Position numbers and translations under genes: made by a program
NCBI RefSeq assembly: GCF_042660085.1
Contig: NZ_JBHSTI010000002.1
Span: forward strand, 420,001 to 452,000
DNA length: 32,000 nt
DNA from: Longivirga aurantiaca
Lineage (GTDB): Bacteria; Actinomycetota; Actinomycetes; S36-B12; CAIYMF01
Direction of reading: 5' to 3'
The notes under the pieces: generated by a model
Told to the model about the DNA's origin: nothing
Seen by the model: the letters and a program-made list of their open reading frames with translations, nothing else
The model's database searches: none
In this document: piece by piece, positions 25,513 to 32,000 of the stretch
Position numbering within the stretch: the stretch's first letter is position 1
Layout of the letters: every line of letters starts with the position of its first letter

Positions 25513-28062
25513 GTGCGCAGACTCGGCAAGGTCCTCGGGATCATCGGCATCGTCCTGCTCGTGCTCGTCGTCGCCGCGGCGACCTTCGGGGCCTGGACGG
25601 TGCGGCGGTCCTTCCCCCAGGTGTCGGGAGAGCTCGCGCTCAAGGGGCTGAAGTCCGAGGTGACGGTGCTGCGCGACGAGCGCGGCATCCCGCAGATCTA
25701 CGCGGCGTCGGCCGAGGACCTCATGTTCGCGCAAGGCTACGTGCACGCCCAGGACCGCTTCTGGGAGATGGACTTCCGCCGCCACATCACGGCGGGCCGG
25801 CTCTCGGAGCTGTTCGGCAAGAGCCAGGTCGAGACCGACACCTACCTGCGCACCCTCGGGTGGCGCAGGGTCGCCGAGCGCGAGCTCGCCCTGCTCTCGC
25901 CCGAGACGCGCCGCAACCTCGACTCCTACTCCGCCGGCGTCAACGCGTGGCTGGCGGACCACTCCGGTGCGACGGCCTCGCTGGAGTACGCCGTGCTCGG
26001 GCTGCAGAACTCCGGCTACGTGATCGAGCCCTGGAGCCCGGTCGACTCCATCGCCTGGCTCAAGGCGATGGCCTGGGACCTGCGCGGCAACATGCAGGAG
26101 GAGATCAGCCGCTCGATCATCAGCGCGACGGTGGGCGAGAAGCGGACCGCACAGCTGTTCCCGCCGTACCCCTACCTCCAGCACCGCCCGATCGTGACCC
26201 AGGGCGCGGTCGTCGACGGCGTCTGGGACCAGAACGCTCCCCGCGACATCGCCACCGCCGCGGGACTCGCGCCCGCAGTGCCGCCGGACGCCGTGGACGT
26301 GCTCCGGGCGACGGGTGCGGCATCCGAGGCCATCACCGACATGCTCGGCCCGGACGGCCCCGGCATCGGCTCGAACTCGTGGGTGATCAGCGGCGAGAAG
26401 ACCGAGACGGGCCTGCCGCTGCTCGCCAACGACCCCCACCTCGGCCCGATGATGCCGAGCATCTGGTACCAGATCGGGCTGCACTGCACGACGGTGTCGG
26501 CCGAGTGCCCGTACGACATGGCGGGCTACAGCTTCTCCGGCCTCCCCGGCATCGTCATCGGTCACAACCAGACCGTCGGCTGGGGCTTCACCAACCTCGG
26601 GCCGGACGTGACCGACCTCTACCTCGAGAAGGTCGAGGGCGACACCTACCTCGTCGGCAACGAGCGCAAGCAGATGACCACCCGCCAGGAGACGATCAAG
26701 GTGGCCGGCGGTGACGACGTGGTCATCACCGTCCGCGAGACCGAGCACGGCCCGCTGCTCTCGGACGCGTCCGAGGAGCTGCGCACGGTCGGCGCCGATG
26801 CACCCGCCGGGATCGTCGCGCCGCCGAAGGGCGACGGGTACGCCGTCGCGCTGCGCTGGACGGCGCTCGAGCCCGGGCGCACGGCCGACGCGATCGACCG
26901 GCTCAACCGCGCCCAGACGTGGGAGGACTTCCGATCCGCCGCCTCGATCTTCGAGGTGCCCGCGCAGAACCTCATCTTCGCCTCGGTCGACGGCACGATC
27001 GGCTACCAGACGCCGGGCAAGATCCCGATCCGGTCGGGCTACGACGGCAAGTACCCCGCGCACGGCTGGGACCCGAAGCAGACCTGGACGGGCTACATCC
27101 CGTTCGAGGCGCTGCCGAACGTCAAGAACCCGGACGACGGCTGGGTGGTCACCGCCAACCAGGCGTCGGTGTACGAGTCGTACCCGTTCTTCCTCACCGA
27201 CGACTGGTCGTACGGCGCGCGCAGCCAGCGCATCGTCGACCTCGTGAAGCTCGCGACGTCCGACGGCCAGAAGATGACCGCCGACCGCATGCGCGAGATC
27301 CAGTTCGACGCGTGGAACGAGAACGCGGCGTTCCTCGTGCCCAAGATCAAGGCGCTGAACGTCGAGGGCGTGGACGGCGTGGCGCTGCTGAACGACTGGG
27401 ACTTCACGCAGCCCGCGGACTCCGCGCCGGCGGCGTACTTCAACGTGTTCTGGAAGAACCTGCTCACCGACGTCTTCATGGACGAGCTCCCGGAGGACGA
27501 GATCATCGGCGGCGGCGACCGCTGGTTCACCGCGGTGCGCGACCTCTGGGACAGCCCGGACGACGCGTGGTGGGACGACACGCGGACGCCGGACGTGCAG
27601 GAGTCGCGCGACGACGCCGTGCGCACGGCGCTGCAGGAGGCGCAGACCGAGCTCGCAGGGCTGCAGGGCGGCGACCCGCAGGGCTGGCGCTGGGGGGCGC
27701 TGCACACGCTGCTCGTGGAGAACCAGACCTTCGGCACGAGCGGCATCACGCCCATCGAGATGCTGTTCAACCGCGGTCCGGTCGAGACCTCCGGCGGCGA
27801 GTCGATCGTGAACGCGACCGGCTGGACGCTGCCGGAGTACACGGTCGACTGGGTGCCGTCGATGCGGATGGTGCTCGACATGTCGGATCTCGACCGGTCG
27901 ACCTGGGTCAACCTCACGGGTGCCAGTGGTCACGCCTACCACCCGAACTACGTCGACCAGCTCGACGCCTGGGCCGCCGGCGACACCTTCCCCTTCCCCT
28001 TCACCAAGCCCGCCGTGGAAGCCGCAGCGACCGACACTCTCACCCTCACCCCCGCCGGCTGA
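25513..28062 (+). CDS. Penicillin acylase family protein (Ntn hydrolase, S45-like)
   Basis: 849 aa. N-terminal TM, EVTVLRDERGIPQIYAASAEDLMFAQGYVHAQDRFWEMDFRR, autoproteolysis/nucleophile motif GPGIGSNSWVISGEKT, LANDPHL. Confidence 0.94.
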   Translation: MRRLGKVLGIIGIVLLVLVVAAATFGAWTVRRSFPQVSGELALKGLKSEVTVLRDERGIPQIYAASAEDLMFAQGYVHAQDRFWEMDFRRHITAGRLSELFGKSQVETDTYLRTLGWRRVAERELALLSPETRRNLDSYSAGVNAWLADHSGATASLEYAVLGLQNSGYVIEPWSPVDSIAWLKAMAWDLRGNMQEEISRSIISATVGEKRTAQLFPPYPYLQHRPIVTQGAVVDGVWDQNAPRDIATAAGLAPAVPPDAVDVLRATGAASEAITDMLGPDGPGIGSNSWVISGEKTETGLPLLANDPHLGPMMPSIWYQIGLHCTTVSAECPYDMAGYSFSGLPGIVIGHNQTVGWGFTNLGPDVTDLYLEKVEGDTYLVGNERKQMTTRQETIKVAGGDDVVITVRETEHGPLLSDASEELRTVGADAPAGIVAPPKGDGYAVALRWTALEPGRTADAIDRLNRAQTWEDFRSAASIFEVPAQNLIFASVDGTIGYQTPGKIPIRSGYDGKYPAHGWDPKQTWTGYIPFEALPNVKNPDDGWVVTANQASVYESYPFFLTDDWSYGARSQRIVDLVKLATSDGQKMTADRMREIQFDAWNENAAFLVPKIKALNVEGVDGVALLNDWDFTQPADSAPAAYFNVFWKNLLTDVFMDELPEDEIIGGGDRWFTAVRDLWDSPDDAWWDDTRTPDVQESRDDAVRTALQEAQTELAGLQGGDPQGWRWGALHTLLVENQTFGTSGITPIEMLFNRGPVETSGGESIVNATGWTLPEYTVDWVPSMRMVLDMSDLDRSTWVNLTGASGHAYHPNYVDQLDAWAAGDTFPFPFTKPAVEAAATDTLTLTPAG

Positions 28063-28075
28063 CCGGACCCGGGGC

Positions 28076-28840
28076 GTGGACGACGAGGTCCTGGCTCGGG
28101 TCGACGCGTTCCTCGACGCCACGGTGCGCGACTCGACCGACCGCGTCGACGTCGGGCCGATGCGCGTGCTGCTGAGCCGCCGGCCGTGGCCGTACTACGC
28201 GCGCCCGCGCGCCGAGCTCGACCTGTCGGCGCCGGCCGCCGTGACGGGGGAGGACGTCGCGGCGGCGGCCGCGCTGCTCGAGCAGAACGGCGCGCCGGTC
28301 GCGTTCGAGTGGGTGCGCGAGCGCGTGCCGTCGATGGACGCCGCGGTGACGGCGTACGGATTGGCGGTCGAGGCCGCGCCGCTGCTGGTGCGTCGAGCCG
28401 AGCCGCTGACCGCGGCCCCGTCCCCCGGAGTCTCGGTGCGCCTCCTCGCCGCGGACGACGAGCTCGTGCCCGCCGCCTCGCAGGTGGTGGCGACGGCGTT
28501 CGGCTCGCCGTACGTCGAGGAGCACGACCACATCCGCAGCCGCATCGAGCGCGGTCTCAACGTGACCGCGGTGGCGCAGGCGGCGGACGGGTCGGTGGTG
28601 GGGGTGGCCACGCTGCAGCCGATCGACAGCACCGCGGAGATCGTCGGTGTGGCGGTGCTGCCCGAGCACCGGCGCCGCGGCATCGGTGCCGCCCTCGTCC
28701 GCGTGCTCGTCACGGAGGCGTCCGCCCTCGGTGTCGGCACCGTGCTCCTCTCGGCGGCGCCGGACGCGCTCGCGCTGTACGAGTCGCTCGGTTTCGCCGT
28801 GGTCGGCACGCTCGCGAGCGCGCCGCCCGACCCGCACTGA
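28076..28840 (+). CDS. GNAT-family N-acetyltransferase
   Basis: C-terminal domain IVGVAVLPEHRRRGIGAALVRVLVTEASALGVGTVLLSAAPDALALYESLGFAVVG. Confidence 0.88.
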   Translation: MDDEVLARVDAFLDATVRDSTDRVDVGPMRVLLSRRPWPYYARPRAELDLSAPAAVTGEDVAAAAALLEQNGAPVAFEWVRERVPSMDAAVTAYGLAVEAAPLLVRRAEPLTAAPSPGVSVRLLAADDELVPAASQVVATAFGSPYVEEHDHIRSRIERGLNVTAVAQAADGSVVGVATLQPIDSTAEIVGVAVLPEHRRRGIGAALVRVLVTEASALGVGTVLLSAAPDALALYESLGFAVVGTLASAPPDPH

Positions 28841-28891
28841 GGCTCGGCCTGCGGGGTCAAGGAGGCTGGCACCGGCGTCGAAGGCAGAACG

Positions 28892-29539
28892 GTGGGGATC
28901 CGCACGCTCGTGGTGGTCGGCCTGTCCGCGTGGGCCGGCTGGCTGCTCGTGCGCGGGATCCTCCTCCGCACGGTCCCGTGGATCGGCCTCGGGCTGATCG
29001 CGGTGCCGCTGGTCGTCCTCGGCGTCACCGAGCGGCAGTGGGTCGACGCCGAGCACCGCTTCAGCGCGGTCGCCCGGGCGCTGGCCCCCGGCACCGACGG
29101 CGTCCACTGCCAGCGACTGGGTGAGACCTTCACGTACGCCGGTGCCGAGCTCGGCCACGTCGACTGGGACGAGGACGGCGTGCCGACGGGGCCCGCGATG
29201 GTGTCGTACGAGACGTGCGGACGCCTCGCCGCCTACCGCAACTCCTCGGGCACCGAACGGTCCGACCCGCCGCTCGACCAGGTGATCGCCGTGCACGTGC
29301 TCACCCACGAGGCGATGCACCTGGCCGGCCGGCTCCGGGAGGCCGATGCCGAGTGCGCCGCGATGCAGCGGGACGCATGGGTAGCGCAGCAGCTGGGTGC
29401 CACCGCCGCGGAGGGGCAGGCCCTGGCCGAGACGTACTGGCGCGAGGTCTACCCGCGCATGCCCGACGCCTACACCGACGACGCGTGCACCGCCGACGGC
29501 GACCTCGACGAGACGCCGGGCGACGGGCAGTGGCCCTAG
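28892..29539 (+). CDS. Membrane-anchored hypothetical protein with HExxH motif
   Basis: 215 aa. Two N-terminal hydrophobic segments, then IAVHVLTHEAMHLAGRLREADAECAAMQRDAWVAQQLG. Confidence 0.75.
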   Translation: MGIRTLVVVGLSAWAGWLLVRGILLRTVPWIGLGLIAVPLVVLGVTERQWVDAEHRFSAVARALAPGTDGVHCQRLGETFTYAGAELGHVDWDEDGVPTGPAMVSYETCGRLAAYRNSSGTERSDPPLDQVIAVHVLTHEAMHLAGRLREADAECAAMQRDAWVAQQLGATAAEGQALAETYWREVYPRMPDAYTDDACTADGDLDETPGDGQWP

Positions 29540-29605
29540 CGAGCCAGGGATACGTCACGCGCGCGAAACCACCACCCCCTATCTTCACCACCACGACATG
29601 GGGTC

Positions 29606-31276
29606 GTGAGGAGCGAGGTGGTCGGGGTCGTGGCGCTGCCGGTGACGCTGCGCGCCATGCAGGCGCGCACGGGCGTCCGACGCGTGCTCGTCGGCTATGC
29701 GCTCTACTGCCTCGTCGAGATGGCGATGTGGATCGGCATCATCCTGTACGCCTTCGCCGAGGGCGGGGCGGTGATGGCCGGCGTCGTCGCCGTCGCGCAG
29801 CTCGTGCCCTCCGCGGTCATCGCCCCACTGCTGGCCGGCATCGCCGAGCGCCTCCCGCGCGGGCGCGCGCTCAGCCTGGCGTACCTCGGCGTCACCGCCA
29901 CCTGTGCCTGGACCCTCGCGGCGCTCGCCGCCGAGGCCGACATCTGGGTCGTGACCCTGGCAGCCGGTACGTCGGTCACCGCGATCGCGGTCGCACGCCC
30001 GCTGCACTACGCCGTGCTGCCGTCCATGGCCGTCGGCCCGGACGACCTCGTCTCCTCGATCTCGCTGTCGTCGATGGCCGAGGGGCTCGCGCTGTTCGCC
30101 GGCCCGATCCTCGCCGGCGTGGGCACCCAGGCGCTCGGCACCTGGTCGGTGGTCGCGTCCTGCACCGTCGCAGCGGCGCTCGCCACCGTGCTCGTGCTGG
30201 GGCTCGGGCTCGCGTCGTCCGCGCCGCCGCACCACGGCGGCGACGACGAGAGCCCGCTGCGCGAGGCGTTCGCGGGCTTCGCCGCGCTGCGAGGCGACCG
30301 GGGCGCGATCGCGCTCATGGTGGTGCTGACGACGTTCTTCGTCTTCATCGGCGCGATGGACGTGCTCGGCGTCGCCTACTCCGAGGACGTGCTGGGCCTC
30401 GGCCACTCCGGCTCGGGCCTGCTCATCGGCGCGGCCGGGATCGGCGCCTTCGTCGGGGCCGCGATCGCCGCGTCGTTCGTGCGCCGTCGCGAGCTGACGC
30501 CGGTCATCCTGGTCAGCGGCGTGCTCCTCGGGGCGGGGCTCGGCGCCGTGGCCCTGTTCACCGCGCTGCCCCCGGCGATGGCGGTGCTCGCCATCGGCGG
30601 CCTCGCCGGCCAGCTGCTGATGGTCGCGGGGCGCACGCTGCTGCAGCGCTCGACGGACGACTCGGTCATCGCACGCGTCTTCGCCGTCCAGGAGAGCACC
30701 TCGCTGCTCGGGCTGGCGCTCGGCTCCGCTCTCGCGCCGGTGCTGGTCGCCCTCATCTCCGCCCGTGGCGCGTTCATCCCGCTCGGCATCGGCATCGTCG
30801 CGTGCGCCTTCGTGTGCGCAGCGTTCATCCGCTCGCTCGACGCGCGCGCGGTCTACCGCCCGGTCGAGATGGAGCTGCTGCGCTCGGTGCCGTTCCTCGG
30901 CGTGCTGCCGCCGTACGAGCTCGAGCGGCTCGCGAAGACGGTCACCTGGCGCGAGGTGCCCGAGGGCACGGTCGTGGTCACCGAGGGCGAGCCCGGTCGG
31001 GACTTCTTCATCGTGGACGAGGGCTCGCTCGCCGTGCAGGTCGGCGGCGTCACCAGCCCCGAGCCGCTGACGGCTCCGGGGTGGTTCGGCGAGATCGCGC
31101 TGCTGCAGGACGTGCCGCGCACGGCCACGATCACGGCGCTCACGCCCGTGCGACTGCTGCGCATCCAGGCCGAGGACTTCCTCGCCGCCGTCACCGGCAG
31201 CCCGGACGGCCGGGCGCTCGCATCGGAGATCTCGGCGGGGCACCTCGCCCGCGACGCCGCCCGGCGAGCCACCTAG
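29606..31276 (+). CDS. MFS-type transporter fused to a C-terminal cyclic-nucleotide-binding domain
   Basis: About 12 hydrophobic segments, then LRSVPFLGVLPPYELERLAKTVTWREVPEGTVVVTEGEPGRDFFIVDEGSLAVQVGG...GWFGEIALLQDVPRTATITALTPVRLLRI. Start codon uncertain (29606 or 29618). Confidence 0.88.
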   Translation: MRSEVVGVVALPVTLRAMQARTGVRRVLVGYALYCLVEMAMWIGIILYAFAEGGAVMAGVVAVAQLVPSAVIAPLLAGIAERLPRGRALSLAYLGVTATCAWTLAALAAEADIWVVTLAAGTSVTAIAVARPLHYAVLPSMAVGPDDLVSSISLSSMAEGLALFAGPILAGVGTQALGTWSVVASCTVAAALATVLVLGLGLASSAPPHHGGDDESPLREAFAGFAALRGDRGAIALMVVLTTFFVFIGAMDVLGVAYSEDVLGLGHSGSGLLIGAAGIGAFVGAAIAASFVRRRELTPVILVSGVLLGAGLGAVALFTALPPAMAVLAIGGLAGQLLMVAGRTLLQRSTDDSVIARVFAVQESTSLLGLALGSALAPVLVALISARGAFIPLGIGIVACAFVCAAFIRSLDARAVYRPVEMELLRSVPFLGVLPPYELERLAKTVTWREVPEGTVVVTEGEPGRDFFIVDEGSLAVQVGGVTSPEPLTAPGWFGEIALLQDVPRTATITALTPVRLLRIQAEDFLAAVTGSPDGRALASEISAGHLARDAARRAT

Positions 31277-31326
31277 CCGCGCACAGCGGGGAGGCCTGAG
31301 CGCCTCTCAGGCGGCCTGGGGCACCT

Positions 31327-32000
31327 TCATCCGGAGAAGCGCCGGTAGGTGGTCGGCGTGAGGACGGCGTCGACGGGACGGTCGTGGGGCTCGTGCGGGA
31401 CGGAGTCGAGCACCTCGTCGTCGTGGACGACGGCGACGAGCAGCGGGCCGCCGTCCAGGTGCTCGGGCACGTCGGCGAGGAGCCGGTCGTAGAAGCCGCC
31501 GCCCTGGCCGAGCCGGCAGCCGTCGTGACCGACCGCCAGCGCGGGCACCAGCACCACCGAGCATCCCGACGCGGCGAGGCCGGCGGCGCCCGTGCCGAGC
31601 GCGGGGTCGGCAGCAGGCTCGGGGATCGCGAGCCTGTGCGCACGCGGCACGAGGTCGTCGGAGTCCCAGCCCCAGTCGAGGCGGCCGTCGTCGCGGATCA
31701 CGGGCAGCAGCACCCGTACGCCGGACAGAGCGAGGAGCGCCCGCAGCGCGCCGGTGCCCGGCTCGTCGCCGAGCGAGGCGTACGCCGCCACCACGCCACC
31801 ACCCGCGGCGACCAGCGCCGTCACCTCGGGGACCGTCCCGACCCGGACTGCCAGGCCGGACGCCACCTGCTCGCGGTCCGTCGCCGACCGCGCCGCCCGG
31901 GCCGTGCGCAGCCGTCGGCGCAGGACCTTCTTGGCGTCCGCGTCGTACGCCGCCCGGCCGCCGGCGGGGTCGGGGGCGGAGGTCGGCGAGGGGTCTCCCG
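31327..32000 (-). CDS. 5-formyltetrahydrofolate cyclo-ligase (N-terminus continues beyond window)
   Basis: VLRRRLRTARAARSATDREQ...LPVIRDDGRLDWGWDSDDLVPRAHRLAIPEP...SVVLVPALAVGHDGCRLGQGGGFYDRLL. The frame stays open to the window edge without a start codon in the last 44 codons. Confidence 0.9.
   Translation of the reverse strand, partial: GDPSPTSAPDPAGGRAAYDADAKKVLRRRLRTARAARSATDREQVASGLAVRVGTVPEVTALVAAGGGVVAAYASLGDEPGTGALRALLALSGVRVLLPVIRDDGRLDWGWDSDDLVPRAHRLAIPEPAADPALGTGAAGLAASGCSVVLVPALAVGHDGCRLGQGGGFYDRLLADVPEHLDGGPLLVAVVHDDEVLDSVPHEPHDRPVDAVLTPTTYRRFSG

Noticed and set aside
25483-28122. 879-aa minus-strand ORF antisense to penicillin acylase
   Set aside because: Low-complexity RHDV-rich translation typical of high-GC antisense frames. 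The plus-strand gene is unambiguous.
29585-31243. 552-aa minus-strand ORF and the 694-aa plus ORF at 29215-31299
   Set aside because: Both are shadow frames of the MFS-cNMP gene, with no recognisable motifs.
1-32000. CRISPR arrays, transposons, toxin-antitoxin or phage-defence systems
   Set aside because: Looked for regularly spaced repeats, transposase/integrase motifs and cas-like proteins in the translated ORFs. None were supportable.

Overview
This is a high-GC actinobacterial chromosomal window of mostly ordinary single-copy genes. I see no CRISPR array, integrase, transposase, prophage or obvious biosynthetic/defence island. In order, the supported content is: a 5'-truncated P-type cation ATPase; tRNA-Arg(CCT); a serine hydrolase; an ankyrin-repeat protein; a K+ channel with two RCK/TrkA-N-like domains, paired with a small multi-TM membrane protein; a HAD hydrolase split by an in-frame TGA; a Gly/Ser/Pro-linker lipoprotein; an ECF sigma factor with an overlapping one-TM protein; YbaK; DUF389; a 3-methyladenine-glycosylase-like protein; a TetR regulator divergent from an orphan PotD-like lipoprotein; MscL; a SAF-domain protein; an FmdB zinc-ribbon gene; ArsM; a DeoR regulator plus a three-gene carbohydrate ABC importer; a 48-aa ORF absent from the ORF track; an ABC-2 exporter; a CrcB pair; a penicillin acylase; GNAT; an HExxH protein; an MFS-cNMP-binding fusion; and a truncated 5-FTHF cyclo-ligase. 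The observations most worth a second look are: (1) a perfect-arm CIRCE/HrcA-like element (TTGGCACTC-N9-GAGTGCCAA) upstream of the FmdB-type gene instead of a chaperone gene; (2) a sugar ABC importer whose MalF-like subunit has a ~240-aa N-terminal extension with extra TM segments and whose MalG-like subunit has a ~120-aa extracytoplasmic insert; (3) an internal TGA just after the catalytic motif of the HAD gene; (4) strong palindromes upstream of the DeoR gene, between the TetR and PotD-like genes, and upstream of the ABC-2 exporter (the last includes a GTGA-N6-TCAC CRP/GlxR-like site). All calls are from reading sequence only; no database search was run.
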